Under the pieces are notes generated by a model. It was not told where the DNA came from. It saw nothing but the letters and a program-made list of their open reading frames with translations, and searched no databases. The position numbers and the translations under genes are program-made. From Candidatus Parcubacteria bacterium (GTDB lineage: Bacteria; Patescibacteriota; Microgenomatia; Levybacterales; GWA1-39-11), in contig QZIP01000011.1 of NCBI GenBank assembly GCA_003599595.1, forward strand, positions 2,638 through 66,637: a stretch of DNA of 64,000 nucleotides, given 5' to 3'. Shown here in pieces: positions 45,229 through 56,226 of this stretch. How positions within the stretch are numbered: position 1 is the stretch's first letter; each line of letters opens with the position of its first letter.

Positions 45229-47439
45229 CTACAAATTATATATTTGATAAATTTTAACATCTCCATTTTGATACACAACTTTCCCAATTTGGTCAAATTT
45301 TTTCTCAAACAAATCTTTGTATTTTTCCCGCTCTAAACCACCTATGTAAACATATTTGACGTTATACTTTCTAAGTATTTTTGTTGTTTTATTAGTGTCC
45401 GTATTTTCGTAAATTATTTGTATGTCTGTAATTCTTGGTGCTGGAACATCATAGCTTCCTCTCCACAACCATTCATGTACAGTCCAGCCAAGCACAGTCG
45501 GTATCCCTGTATTTGCTGAGATTCTTGCATAATCCGTATAAGAATCTCCCTGAGCTTCAAGCATAACAGGTTGTCCCTTTATATTTTTATTAATCCATAG
45601 AATCGCTTCATAATCATAAGGCCGTAGTGTTTTTAAATATTTTGTTCCATCAAGTCCTTTATAGTTAATAAATTTATTATAGTAAGAAGGTATGGCAAAA
45701 TAAGGATAAGCAAGAACTATTCCAATAAAAATCATTGATGACAAGAAAAAGGGAAAGCTTTTTGTAGTCCTTGTTATTTTAACCAAAATATAAGCACTTG
45801 AGATTGATAAAAGAATAAAAGATTGATAGACCAACTTAAACATAGTATTTGCCCGGTAATGATTTGGATAAATATCTTTTACATAAACAAACTCCGGTAC
45901 TATTATTAAGAGTGTGGATAAAAAGATCAATAGAATAACAAAATAATCTTGCACTTTCACCTGATATCTTCTTATTTTTAAAATAAATATTGAATATGAA
46001 AAAACAAAAAAGTAAAAAAATCCATAAAGAATAAAAAGTTGCCAAAGAGTAGATTTTTGGCAATGATTTGCTTCAAAAAGAAAAGGTCCAATTTTGCCGA
46101 TTTGAGTTAAAAAATGAGGGGAGCATAATACTCCAATACCGGAAACAAAAGGCTTGAAATTTAAATTAAAAGGTAAAGTAAAAACAAAATATCCAACAAC
46201 CAATACTCCAATATATTTTAAAGAGCTATAAATTTGATATTTGATATTTGATATTTGATATTTGATATTATCGTTCGAATTAGACATTTCTTTTTTAACA
46301 GTAAGCGCAATAATTACCAGCGACGATAATAGCATATAAATGGCTCCATCCCACGCATTTGTCATATACATTACTGCTAACACAAGTGCTAGCAAAGTAA
46401 AAATTAAAAACTCTCGATTATAAAAAAAACTTTTAAGTTTTAAGTTTTGGTTTTGACTTTTGACTTTTGACTTTTGAGTTTGCTTGTTTTCGGAAGATCT
46501 CAAAAAAATCGCAAGCAGTAATGCAATTGTCAACAACACAAACGGAATATCTGAAACGTGTCCGTGTAGATCTGAAACTACAAAAGAATACAGTGGAAAT
46601 TCGTGGATTGTAAAAGGAATAAACCTTGTAGCATTAGGATACCAATAGCTGTTTGGAAAAGAGCTGGCAGAAAAAAATAAAGACCAAAAAGGAATAGGAT
46701 TGTCTGTAGTGTAAGGCTTAAAAAGAGAATAAATGGTATGTAAATTGCCGGCAAATGACACAAATAATCCTGCAAAAATTCCTGTTATTACACTATTTCT
46801 TGATATTTTTCTAAAATCAAAAAGATTTAAAGCAATAGAAAAGGAAGAAGCAAATGTGAAAGAGAAAATAGTAGCAATCATTAAGTTGTAGGAAATATTT
46901 GAGGGTATTTGCGTAAATTTGGTCATAAGAGCTGCTACAAAATGACCATAATAATAGTAATTAATAGAATGGGGAGCAAACCACATATCAGCCGCCGGTA
47001 GATAATCGCTTCTAAGTATTGAATTCATAAATCCGAAATCCATATATTTTTCCAATCCGTAAATATCAGGCCCAAAACCTTTTATAAAAGACCAAAAAAG
47101 AATACCTATAAAAAACAATATCTCAAAAGCGCTATATGTTAAAAATTTTTCTTTAAAATATTTAATTGCAGATCTTTGTTTAATCAAAATTAAAATATTT
47201 ACAAATAATACAATTAATATTGAAAAATAAATTGTTTCAAGAGAAAATTGTGCAATTCTAAGAATTGAAAGCAGAAAAACAATATATGAAACAAAAATTA
47301 GACCAATTGTTTTTGCGAAGATATAGCCTTTGTCTGAAAAATCTTTAAAAATAAGTGAGGTGATCGGTAGAGATGAAGATCCAATTATCCAAAAAGCCAT
47401 CCACCACTGAATTACTAAAATCAACTCTTGTGTAGACAT
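45229..47439 (-). CDS. Large polytopic membrane protein (736 aa), possibly DUF2298/GT-C-like; carries two in-frame repeat inserts
   Basis: More than 12 hydrophobic helices plus a C-terminal soluble domain. In-frame arrays at 46233-46269 (ATTTGAT repeats encoding NIKYQISNIKYQI) and 46430-46483 (TTTTGAC repeats encoding KSKVKSQNQNLKLKS). Confidence 0.4.
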   Translation of the reverse strand: MSTQELILVIQWWMAFWIIGSSSLPITSLIFKDFSDKGYIFAKTIGLIFVSYIVFLLSILRIAQFSLETIYFSILIVLFVNILILIKQRSAIKYFKEKFLTYSAFEILFFIGILFWSFIKGFGPDIYGLEKYMDFGFMNSILRSDYLPAADMWFAPHSINYYYYGHFVAALMTKFTQIPSNISYNLMIATIFSFTFASSFSIALNLFDFRKISRNSVITGIFAGLFVSFAGNLHTIYSLFKPYTTDNPIPFWSLFFSASSFPNSYWYPNATRFIPFTIHEFPLYSFVVSDLHGHVSDIPFVLLTIALLLAIFLRSSENKQTQKSKVKSQNQNLKLKSFFYNREFLIFTLLALVLAVMYMTNAWDGAIYMLLSSLVIIALTVKKEMSNSNDNIKYQISNIKYQIYSSLKYIGVLVVGYFVFTLPFNLNFKPFVSGIGVLCSPHFLTQIGKIGPFLFEANHCQKSTLWQLFILYGFFYFFVFSYSIFILKIRRYQVKVQDYFVILLIFLSTLLIIVPEFVYVKDIYPNHYRANTMFKLVYQSFILLSISSAYILVKITRTTKSFPFFLSSMIFIGIVLAYPYFAIPSYYNKFINYKGLDGTKYLKTLRPYDYEAILWINKNIKGQPVMLEAQGDSYTDYARISANTGIPTVLGWTVHEWLWRGSYDVPAPRITDIQIIYENTDTNKTTKILRKYNVKYVYIGGLEREKYKDLFEKKFDQIGKVVYQNGDVKIYQIYNL

Positions 47440-47595
47440 ATAAATATTCTATGACTAAAAAAATTCTTAAAGACTTGGGATGCCGCGGATTCTTTAATCT
47501 GCGGAATCGTAAAGTTTTTACATTGGATTACACGGATACGTAAAGAATCTGTGTTATCCTCTTGTTGTGGTCTAATGATTGTGATAATGTTCCAA

Positions 47596-48165
47596 TCATA
47601 TGTATTTATTACAGAATTCTTCAAGATCTTTAATAGGAATAATAGTAGAAGGTAAATCAAATTTGTCTTTATCGAAATTATTTTCTATCCAGTAGAAATC
47701 AATTTCAGGATGTTTTTGGGCAAGATACATCAATAGATGTAAATCATCATCAATATACTTTTTAATTTTTAACTTATTGATAATATCATCTTTAAAAAGA
47801 TGAGGCTGCTGATTTTCAAAGTTAAAGTAAAGCTCTTTAAAGTACTTTTTAAAATTATTTTTATTTAACCACTTTTCTGTCCTTTCTTTTAAAAATTGAA
47901 ACCTACTTGATATTAGAAAAATCTCAAGATCTTTTTCTTTAGTAATTTTTTTTAGAGCCTCAATGTTTCTCTTTATTGGTGGTCTAAAAAAAGTATGATG
48001 TGATAATACTCTAATTTTCTGTTCAAATCTTCCCGGAATCCTATAGGAAAGTTTATGATTGTGTTTTTTATATAAATAATTAATAACCTTGCTAGGGATC
48101 AAGGGTGGATAGTCTGCAAATACCTTATCAAAGTCAAAACCAATACGGATAGAAGCTTTATTCAT
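47596..48165 (-). CDS. Hypothetical protein, possibly HAD-like hydrolase
   Basis: N-terminal FDFDKVF resembles HAD motif I. Otherwise unassigned. Confidence 0.35.
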   Translation of the reverse strand: MNKASIRIGFDFDKVFADYPPLIPSKVINYLYKKHNHKLSYRIPGRFEQKIRVLSHHTFFRPPIKRNIEALKKITKEKDLEIFLISSRFQFLKERTEKWLNKNNFKKYFKELYFNFENQQPHLFKDDIINKLKIKKYIDDDLHLLMYLAQKHPEIDFYWIENNFDKDKFDLPSTIIPIKDLEEFCNKYI

Positions 48166-49221
48166 TTAATATGTTTTAAATAGTTTTCCCCAACTTGTTT
48201 TTAAAAATCTTCTAATTCTTTTTCTTCCAATAAAATTATACCAATAATAATCATGATATGCGCTTGATGCTAGGTAAGACCAGGGGGCAATAATAGATTG
48301 TAAAAGAAACTTTTCTACTCTTTCAGGCAACTTATGGTAAATAAATTTTTGTCCCCGTGATGCAAAGGTATCTGCTCTTTTAAACCCCCATGTTTTTGAA
48401 ATTTTTATATTAACTTCTGGATCTGTTGGTCCTAGTTTTAAGTCTCTTGCAAGTTTTAAATATTTTAAATTTTCTGGACTAAAGCCCATTGTTTTAGCCA
48501 CTATAGCATCAACTGCCACAAGGTTACCAGATCCAAAAATATAATTTTTTTCTTCCCAATCCATTGCTCTAGGGCCTGATCCCTTTCCTACAACTGCGCC
48601 GTCAATTAATCCCAAAATTCCGGGATGTATTTCCTTTTGAATAGTCAAAAGATCAACAATTGTTTCGTGAATATAGCGGTGCGCAAAATGTCTAATCTCT
48701 CTAAGCATCCCAAAATAGTTCTTAATGGTTCCAGTGGTTGTGGTAAAAACATGCATTTTTGCCGTTGCCAAATGGATGATGTTTTTATCAAAAATAATAT
48801 TTGGGAGCATTATTCCTCTTGGGAAAATTTTATCCAAAATTAGCATTTTACCTTTTGGCTTGTATTTTATATATTTTTCATTTGTTAAATAATGCATCTT
48901 AACATTATATTTATCCAGGATTTTTTTCCATTTATTATTGACAGAACCCTCATAAACATTTGTGACAACAGTCTTGTTTTCAACCGGAATGATCTTTTTT
49001 GGGTCTATCCCATCTTCAATTAAGGTTTTTAAAACTCCTTCAAGCATCCAGGGAGGAGTTGAGCAAGCGGGGTAAAACTTTGTCCAGGAAAGATTAAGTT
49101 TTAAAACAATTTCCTTTTTAGGATCAAAAATATTTTTATAATTAATATCATTTAATAGTTTTTTATAATCATCCAGTATTGTTTGGGGAGAAGTATTAGC
49201 AATAAAGACTTTTGAATTCAT
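48166..49221 (-). CDS. Hypothetical protein (351 aa), possibly DUF362-like
   Basis: ORF abutting the previous gene. Weak resemblance to DUF362 proteins only. Confidence 0.3.
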   Translation of the reverse strand: MNSKVFIANTSPQTILDDYKKLLNDINYKNIFDPKKEIVLKLNLSWTKFYPACSTPPWMLEGVLKTLIEDGIDPKKIIPVENKTVVTNVYEGSVNNKWKKILDKYNVKMHYLTNEKYIKYKPKGKMLILDKIFPRGIMLPNIIFDKNIIHLATAKMHVFTTTTGTIKNYFGMLREIRHFAHRYIHETIVDLLTIQKEIHPGILGLIDGAVVGKGSGPRAMDWEEKNYIFGSGNLVAVDAIVAKTMGFSPENLKYLKLARDLKLGPTDPEVNIKISKTWGFKRADTFASRGQKFIYHKLPERVEKFLLQSIIAPWSYLASSAYHDYYWYNFIGRKRIRRFLKTSWGKLFKTY

Positions 49222-49263
49222 GGTTACTTATTGTATCACCTAAAGATTTAATAAAACAAGAAT

Positions 49264-50985
49264 TTATTTATGTCTTTTAAAGATCATTACTTTAGGATGG
49301 TCATACACCGTAAATGATTCGTCTGCCTCCTGATCGTTTATTGGAATATTGACAATTGGGATTGTTGGGTAAGACGCAAATTCTGCTACCTTTTCAAAAT
49401 TTAATCTTCCAGAGAAAAGGTCTTGATAATATTTTGCAGTTTGTCTATAACAAGAGCTTGGTGGAAGATTTGCACAGTCAGTTAGTTTTTGCAGAGGAGC
49501 ATATAATCTATTGGATGCAATAATTATGTAATCTGCTTGACTAATTTGCTGATTTATCCCCATCCATTTAAGTGGAGTATCCTGATTATAAAGCTCAAGA
49601 GTTATCATATAATAATTTTGTTGACCAAGTAAGGGAAGAGTGTCATCCCAATGTTCAATAGCAATAGATTTCCCAAGAGGAATATTTTTGTTGATCCAGT
49701 TGGTAGCTGAGGTACGGGTATTAGGTTTTGTATAAACTTGCAGAAAAGAAATTGGCCAGACTAGAAACAGAATGAAAAACAGTAAGTAAATGACAGAGAG
49801 CATTGGAGGTTTAAATCTTTTGGTAAGAAATTGAATTAGCTGAAAAAATAACATTGCTGCAAAAAGACAAAGAAGCGGATAGATAGGAAGAAGATATCTC
49901 ATAAAACCTATTGCAAATTTTCCGACAACTAAAAAATAAACCCAAAAAAAGACAGCTAGTATTGTTTCTTTTGCCCATTTTTCTTCCCTACTTCTTTTAA
50001 AAGCTAAAAAGGTAAAATAAAAAGCACCCATTATGGAAAAAAGAGAAAGAAAAGGACCTTGTCCCCAAAGAAAAAGATTCTTTACTTCATATAAGTATGG
50101 AATTTTTCCTACATACTGAAGGGTATAAGGAAAAATAAAGGGATTATATGTCATTATTCTTTGTTGAAGAGTTTGTTTAAAAAATTCAGGAAAGCTAATT
50201 AGTGCGTATGGCTCTGCGGCAAAAAAAACAACAGTAGCTGTGCAAGAGATGAGCAGGCCAAAAACAAATAATTTTTTTAATACTTTTGGAAGGTGGGGGA
50301 GCCAATTTTTTGGCTTATGGGGTGACCTAAAAAAAATTAAGAGAAAGTCAGCAAAAAGCGCAGTCCCAATTGAAACAGTAAGAAGTGAAGCACTTGTTTT
50401 AGTAGCAATAGAAAGACCAAAAGTAAAACCAATCAAGATTGCTTTTTGCAGAGTTGGTTTTTCATAAAAACAAATAAGAATGTAAAGCGTTAAAAGAGTA
50501 AAAAAGGTCAAGGGAATGTCAACAATATAAAAATGAGAGCTTTGAATGGGTAATACGCTTATTGAATAAAAAAAGGCGGAAAGTAAGCCCACTTGTTTGT
50601 TAAGCACCCTTTTTCCTAGAAAATATATTAAAATAATTGTTGAAATATCAAATAATGCAGATATATATCTTCCTAGAATATTTATATTCGCGTACTGGGA
50701 AAAAGAAGAGTCAAAAAATCCTCCCAGAACACCCGCTCCTTTAAGAAGATAAAGAGGAAAGCTTCCATAGGCAAAAAAGTGGGGATTGAGTGGGCTATTG
50801 ACTGAAAAGAATTCTGTGAAGCTGTTAGGAAAAGAGAGGGTAAGACTGTACATCGTAATCGCTCTCTCATCTGGATGAAGATGAAATCCCTGATCCCAGT
50901 TTAGGCCATAAAATCGAAATACTCCACTAATTAGGATTATGAAAAACAAAATTTTAATCGGGTAAAAACGCTGATTCATAAACAT
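49264..50985 (-). CDS. GT-C fold membrane glycosyltransferase (GT39/ArnT/PMT-like)
   Basis: Polytopic. First loop has NWDQGFHLHPDERAITMY (DE motif). Paralogous to the next gene. Confidence 0.65.
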   Translation of the reverse strand: MFMNQRFYPIKILFFIILISGVFRFYGLNWDQGFHLHPDERAITMYSLTLSFPNSFTEFFSVNSPLNPHFFAYGSFPLYLLKGAGVLGGFFDSSFSQYANINILGRYISALFDISTIILIYFLGKRVLNKQVGLLSAFFYSISVLPIQSSHFYIVDIPLTFFTLLTLYILICFYEKPTLQKAILIGFTFGLSIATKTSASLLTVSIGTALFADFLLIFFRSPHKPKNWLPHLPKVLKKLFVFGLLISCTATVVFFAAEPYALISFPEFFKQTLQQRIMTYNPFIFPYTLQYVGKIPYLYEVKNLFLWGQGPFLSLFSIMGAFYFTFLAFKRSREEKWAKETILAVFFWVYFLVVGKFAIGFMRYLLPIYPLLCLFAAMLFFQLIQFLTKRFKPPMLSVIYLLFFILFLVWPISFLQVYTKPNTRTSATNWINKNIPLGKSIAIEHWDDTLPLLGQQNYYMITLELYNQDTPLKWMGINQQISQADYIIIASNRLYAPLQKLTDCANLPPSSCYRQTAKYYQDLFSGRLNFEKVAEFASYPTIPIVNIPINDQEADESFTVYDHPKVMIFKRHK

Positions 50986-50989
50986 TAAA

Positions 50990-51100
50990 AACGTAAAGCG
51001 AAAAGTGCAAAGCGCAAAACTAAAGTTTAAAACTTAAAACTTTGACTTTTGAGTTTTGGTTTTGAGCTTTTAATCCGATTAAATCGGATTTGAGCTTTTA
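50990..51100. repeat. Same composite repeat family between the two GT39 paralogues
   Basis: AAAGTGCAAAGCGCAAAACTAAAGTTTAAAACTTAAAACTTTGACTTTTGAGTTTTGG followed by AATCCGATTAAATCGGATTTGAGC. Confidence 0.5.
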
Positions 51101-52783
51101 CTTTTTAGCTTTCTGAAAGATAAACAGTGTTGGTCTATCAAAAACATTCACCGTTTCTTCAAATCTAAAAACAGGATCTCCTAAATAAGTTGTTTTACAA
51201 AAAAAATCACAAGGAGTTTCATAAATCTTATTATATCCAAGTTTGCCTGAAAAAAGATTTCTATAAAATGTACTGCTAATGGGAAATCTTTTAGGATTCA
51301 CAAGTCTTGTTCTGGTTACTCTTGGACTTGCAAGAATAATATAGTCACTTTCCCCCACCTCTGTCAAGAAATTACTATTGTGTGGATTATGGTCTATATT
51401 GTAAAAATTATAAAGTTTAATATTGTTAAAATACTGGTTAAAAGGAAGAATTCCCAAGTCATAAACCTCACTTAAAATTCTTGCATCTGGGCTAATTTCC
51501 CCTTTTGCAACAATACTGGCAGAAGCCCTAGTATCACCTTTTAAATAAACTGTTGTAAAGAAAGAAAAAGCAAAAAACAAATTACTTAAAATTATAATTA
51601 CTAAAAAAATAATATTAATTTTTTTTAAACTATTTATGGCACTTTTTTTATTCAGTTGTTCAGCTAACGAAATTAAAAAAAGTGAAATTATTAGGTATGC
51701 AAATGGTAGACTTGGAACAATATACCTTGTCCACTTTACAAAAAGAAAAGATTGAGAGAAAAATATAATTACAAAAAACATAATTAAAAACATACTCTTT
51801 TTACCGCCCCTTTTTAAAGAGACAAAAGACAAATAAAGCAGTGCAAAAATAAAAGTCACAGAAAGTAGTGGATTAAGTAAAAAAGGAAGCGTATTTATAG
51901 ACTGGTAAAGTACAGGAGTAGTGTCATAAAATCCCTGTGTGTAAAAAACCGGTAGAGCTCCTATAGCAACTGAGGATTCATATTTAAAACTGTTTTGGAA
52001 AGAAGAGAAGTCTAAAAAAACAAAAGGAGAAAATATTGAAAAGGTTGTTAAAGAAAGAAATAGAATCCCAAAAATTTGTTTTAGTTTCAACATTAATCTT
52101 TGTTTGTGATTTACCAATAAAAAAACAATTACAGGAACCGGAAGAAATATAAGAGAGGATATTTTAATAGAAATTAGTGTTCCCACAACAACAGAAGAAT
52201 AAAGTAGATACTTATATTTTTGCTTTATAATGTAGCTTAACAAACAATAAAACAAAAGAAGAGAAAAAAATGTAAGCCACATTTCAAAAGTTCCAAAATG
52301 TGAATATTGAATAAATCCGGGGCTTGCTGATGCAAGGATTAGAGCAAGAAAACCCGTCCTTTTATCTTTAATTAATTTACCCGTATTATATAAAAGAAAG
52401 AGAATAAGAAAGGAAAAAATTAAAGAGTAAATCCTACTAATGATTATTGTTTGGCCAAATGAAATTATAAAGTTATCAATAACCGGATTGTTAAATAGGG
52501 AATTTGCCAAATTCCAGACAAGACCCTGAAAATAAATTGCATAAATTGGCAGGCTGCCATAGGCAAAAAAATGCGGATTCATTTGTTGGGGAAATCTTAA
52601 TTGTGTAACAGCAGAAGCAATATTTCTTTCATCAGGATGAAAATAAAATGGAGAGCCCCAGTTGAGATTATAAACTCTAAAAAATACTCCTAGTAGTATT
52701 ATTATTAATAAAAGTATGTTTGTAAAACTTAATTTTATTCTAATTAAATCCATAATGCTAATCTCTAAAAGATCAAATCTCAA
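51098..52783 (-). CDS. GT-C fold membrane glycosyltransferase (GT39/ArnT/PMT-like), paralogue
   Basis: NWGSPFYFHPDERNIASAV at the equivalent position. About 15 TM helices. Confidence 0.65.
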   Translation of the reverse strand: MRFDLLEISIMDLIRIKLSFTNILLLIIILLGVFFRVYNLNWGSPFYFHPDERNIASAVTQLRFPQQMNPHFFAYGSLPIYAIYFQGLVWNLANSLFNNPVIDNFIISFGQTIIISRIYSLIFSFLILFLLYNTGKLIKDKRTGFLALILASASPGFIQYSHFGTFEMWLTFFSLLLFYCLLSYIIKQKYKYLLYSSVVVGTLISIKISSLIFLPVPVIVFLLVNHKQRLMLKLKQIFGILFLSLTTFSIFSPFVFLDFSSFQNSFKYESSVAIGALPVFYTQGFYDTTPVLYQSINTLPFLLNPLLSVTFIFALLYLSFVSLKRGGKKSMFLIMFFVIIFFSQSFLFVKWTRYIVPSLPFAYLIISLFLISLAEQLNKKSAINSLKKINIIFLVIIILSNLFFAFSFFTTVYLKGDTRASASIVAKGEISPDARILSEVYDLGILPFNQYFNNIKLYNFYNIDHNPHNSNFLTEVGESDYIILASPRVTRTRLVNPKRFPISSTFYRNLFSGKLGYNKIYETPCDFFCKTTYLGDPVFRFEETVNVFDRPTLFIFQKAKK

Positions 52784-53085
52784 ATCTCCCCCCCGATTAA
52801 ACCGGGGTCAAATATCAAAAACAAGTTTCGTCCAGAGGACGATCTAGTCCAAAGGACTATTGGCCTGTGGTCAAAGCCTTTGGCTGACAAAGATGATTAA
52901 AGAATAAAGAACAATGATTAACGAATAATGATTGATGAATAATGAATACAAAAACAAAATCATCAATCATCAATCATCAATCATTAATCAAAGTAATTGG
53001 TTTTTAGCTTTGAATTAGGTTTTGATTTTCCCGCTTCGCGAGGCGAGTGCACTTTGATCTTTGCACTTTAAAGTAATCAGATCAA
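52780..53085. repeat. Same composite repeat family
   Basis: TCAAATCTCAAATCTCCCCCCCGATTAAACCGGGGTCAAAT and TTTCCCGCTTCGCGAGGCGAGTGCACTTTGATCTTTGCACTTTAAAG. Confidence 0.5.
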
Positions 53086-54381
53086 TTATTTATCTCTTTC
53101 AGTTATCATTTCCGCCACTTTCTCTCCCATCTCCACAGCATAATTTGTTCCTCTATCCCAAGGATAAACCTGTTGGATATTTGCAAGATAAACATTATTA
53201 AGAGGAGTAGTAAAGCTTGGTATAATTTTTGAGTAATTAATTGGAATTAGGGGTTGAGCAAAAGGAGCCCTAAAAACCTTATAGTCAATAATCTCTTTTT
53301 TATAGTTTTCGTTCATCTTTCTTAAATAAGGATCATAAGTCTTTAAAATTTCTTCATCGCTTTTTTGAAAATAGGAATGATTAAACGGCAAATATTTCCC
53401 TACATATATTATATGCTCGTTATTATAAAAAGATTTATCCATAAAATTGGTATGTTCAACAACTGCCATTGCAGGAGAATTTTTGTCACAAACACTGAGC
53501 CAATAAATATCTTTAGGAAAAAAAGGTTTTTTAAGTCTTATGACAACATTGATTGCACCAAGTCCTTTTAAAAGACTTAATTTTTTTTGATAATTAGAAG
53601 GTAAACCGCGGGCAATCTTTAAGAATGTAAAAGATGGTAAGGTTACAATGACCTTGTCAAACTCGAATTCTTTTGTTCTAATGTTCTTAGATTTGATTTT
53701 CAGTTTGATCTTATTTTTACTTTCTATTTCATTTACCTGAGTTTCAAAATGTATTTTTCCGCCTTTTTTTTCAATCTCCTGTACTAAGTTTTTTGCAAAT
53801 TCCAAAAAACCTTTTTCAGGATAAGCAAGTTTTGTTGTCCTCTTTTTTATTCTGGCCCAGAACCACGCAAGAGATATTTCATCTGCGTTTTTTCCAAACT
53901 TTCCTACAAGTTGCGGTTCCCAAATCATTTTATATGCCTTCTTTCCCATAAGCTTTGGCAGGGTTCTAGTTGTTTTGAGTTTTTCCAAAGGTTTCCAAAA
54001 AGGATTGTATCTGAAGATTGCTAGTACAAGAGACATCCTTAGCCGTTGCAATAGAGAAAGTTTTGGGAAAGTAAGCGCTTTTAAAGGAGAATCAAGTTGA
54101 AGAATCTCATTATCAACAAAAACAGAGGTATTGGGTCTTTCAATTATTATTTTATGACCAATCTCTTTTGCAAGATCTAGTACTTTATTATCATTTGTAA
54201 AAAAATGGTGATAGTGTTTCTCTAATGTCCAATTCCAGGAAGGATCTTTAAAGCCATCTGCAAGCCCTCCAGGCCATCTTTCTTTTTCAAAGATAGTAAC
54301 CTTATACCCAAGCTTGAGTAGTTGTAGACCTGCTGCAAGACCAGTAAATCCTGCTCCGCAAATTGCTATAGATTTACTCAT
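53086..54381 (-). CDS. FAD-dependent oxidoreductase (amine-oxidase/protoporphyrinogen-oxidase-like fold)
   Basis: N-terminal dinucleotide-binding motif IAICGAGFTGLAAGLQLLKLGYKVTIFEK. Confidence 0.65.
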   Translation of the reverse strand: MSKSIAICGAGFTGLAAGLQLLKLGYKVTIFEKERWPGGLADGFKDPSWNWTLEKHYHHFFTNDNKVLDLAKEIGHKIIIERPNTSVFVDNEILQLDSPLKALTFPKLSLLQRLRMSLVLAIFRYNPFWKPLEKLKTTRTLPKLMGKKAYKMIWEPQLVGKFGKNADEISLAWFWARIKKRTTKLAYPEKGFLEFAKNLVQEIEKKGGKIHFETQVNEIESKNKIKLKIKSKNIRTKEFEFDKVIVTLPSFTFLKIARGLPSNYQKKLSLLKGLGAINVVIRLKKPFFPKDIYWLSVCDKNSPAMAVVEHTNFMDKSFYNNEHIIYVGKYLPFNHSYFQKSDEEILKTYDPYLRKMNENYKKEIIDYKVFRAPFAQPLIPINYSKIIPSFTTPLNNVYLANIQQVYPWDRGTNYAVEMGEKVAEMITERDK

Positions 54382-54386
54382 TTAGA

Positions 54387-55847
54387 TTAAAAAACTAAGA
54401 AAAGTGCTGCGCCTGCAAGTATAAAGAGTGTAGAGATAAATGTCAAAGTTGCGGGTGTGACAGTGTCTCCCGGACTGGCAATGGTAGTGGTCAGGTTTTT
54501 AATTGGTACAGTTGGTTTTGTTGTGGGTTCTATAGAAATAGTTTCAATAGAAGTGGGAGATATTTCTTGTATAGCAGAAACATCTTCAGTTGGTCTTATG
54601 GTTGGTGAGACAACAGAAGGCTTATCTGTAGGGGTTAAAGTAGGACTAGTTGTGGGTTTTGTTGTGGGTGTAGGAGCAGAAGTTGGTGTTGGTGTTAAAG
54701 TGATTGTTGGCTTCACGGTAGGGGTTGCAGAAGGTGTTGCAGACTCTGTTACTTGAGTACCTGACGCATGGACAATAAATGATTGAGTAATTTTTTTAAT
54801 TATTCCAAATTCATCTATTGTTTCAATTGTGATGGTGTGTTCTCCCGGAGCAAGTCCTGCAATTGGCCTAAAAGACCAAAAGCCCTTACTGTCAGTTTTT
54901 ACTTCTGTGGTAATAGGATCTTCTGATCTTATGGTAATCTTAACTTTTTCATTTGGCAATGCATATCCCTTAAACGTAGGTTTTTGATCAATAAAGGCTT
55001 CATCTTCTTTGGGTGTTAAGATCTTAACCTCTTTAGAGCTTATGACAGCAGATGGAGCCTTTAATGCAGAAGAAATTGTTGATTCAATTTCAGGTGCTAA
55101 ATCCTCATTTTCAAAATTATAATCCTTAGATAGAGTAACCAGCGGCACGGACTTTGCGTTTTTGTATAATACGCTTACTGTTGATTTAGAGCTTCCTTTA
55201 TAAAATTCTATGTCAATATTAGTATCAGGACTAAATTCATAATATGCACCTAGATCTTGTTTTCTTGCGGAATTTAAAGGAATAATATACTCCCCATTTT
55301 TTTTGGTTAGGGTTGAAACTGTTTGTACATCTTTGGCCTTCATTATTACCAAAACGTCTTCTGCTTCTGTTCCATCTGAAAAAATAACTTTCCCAAATAT
55401 TGGATAATTTTCAAAAGGAGGAGATGAAGCTTCTAACCCGGTTTGGATTTCAAATGGCTCATTATTGTTCAGGATAATATTACCATCAACAATAATTGAA
55501 AAATAATATTTAATTCCAGGCTTCAAATTTGAAGCTGTAATATTATGAGAATAATAAGGATTTTGTTCTCCCGACTTATCTCTATTATCATATGCCAAGG
55601 TTCCCAATTCTTTATTTTCTCCATAATTTACTATTGCCTTTGTTTTGCCAGTCGTAAAAAATGAAACGGTAAAAGACGTGTCATTAACATCTGATATTGT
55701 AATGTTTTGGGGATTACTGTCAGGACCGGCACGGGTGACATAATCCAAGCTTTTTTGAATAAGAGAAGAAGATGCCCAAATTCCCACAATAACTAGAGTG
55801 AGGCCTATTATTGTTGGTATCCTTCTTTGCCAAATGTTCTTTTTCAT
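54387..55847 (-). CDS. Cell-surface protein with Thr/Pro-rich linker and C-terminal hydrophobic anchor
   Basis: N-terminal TM/signal segment, Ig/FN3-like beta-rich domains, a PTPTSAPTPTTKPTTSPTLTPT linker and a C-terminal TM (LTFISTLFILAGAALFLVF). Confidence 0.5.
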   Translation of the reverse strand: MKKNIWQRRIPTIIGLTLVIVGIWASSSLIQKSLDYVTRAGPDSNPQNITISDVNDTSFTVSFFTTGKTKAIVNYGENKELGTLAYDNRDKSGEQNPYYSHNITASNLKPGIKYYFSIIVDGNIILNNNEPFEIQTGLEASSPPFENYPIFGKVIFSDGTEAEDVLVIMKAKDVQTVSTLTKKNGEYIIPLNSARKQDLGAYYEFSPDTNIDIEFYKGSSKSTVSVLYKNAKSVPLVTLSKDYNFENEDLAPEIESTISSALKAPSAVISSKEVKILTPKEDEAFIDQKPTFKGYALPNEKVKITIRSEDPITTEVKTDSKGFWSFRPIAGLAPGEHTITIETIDEFGIIKKITQSFIVHASGTQVTESATPSATPTVKPTITLTPTPTSAPTPTTKPTTSPTLTPTDKPSVVSPTIRPTEDVSAIQEISPTSIETISIEPTTKPTVPIKNLTTTIASPGDTVTPATLTFISTLFILAGAALFLVF

Positions 55848-55850
55848 AAT

Positions 55851-56222
55851 TTATAAAATATTTTCTATGTCTCCTGAAGAAGATGCAGGTATTTCCTGAT
55901 TTTCCTGTCCTGCTGACTCACTTGTTTCATTATTCTCAAGGCTTGGGGTCTCAGCTGGAATGTCTGTTGGCATGATTGTGGGGAGGGTGGTGGGGGAAGG
56001 AGTAGATATTTTTAACACTTCTTTTAAATCTATTGATATGCTTTTTCTTGATTTTAAACTATCTATAGTTTTAGTATCAAAAGAAGCTGTGATTGGATTA
56101 ATCCTTATGCTTGTTGGCTCTTCAATGGTAGAGGTGGTATTACTGTGGTGGAGATTAAAACCAATCCATACAAATACCGATATCATTGTAAGTACTCCAA
56201 TATATAATATATTTTTTAACAT
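55851..56222 (-). CDS. Small membrane-anchored protein with Pro/Thr-rich tail (PilP-like position)
   Basis: N-terminal TM helix plus a TPSPTTLPTIMPTDIPAETP segment. Lies downstream of the PilN/PilO-like genes. Confidence 0.3.
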   Translation of the reverse strand: MLKNILYIGVLTMISVFVWIGFNLHHSNTTSTIEEPTSIRINPITASFDTKTIDSLKSRKSISIDLKEVLKISTPSPTTLPTIMPTDIPAETPSLENNETSESAGQENQEIPASSSGDIENIL

Positions 56223-56226
56223 ACTT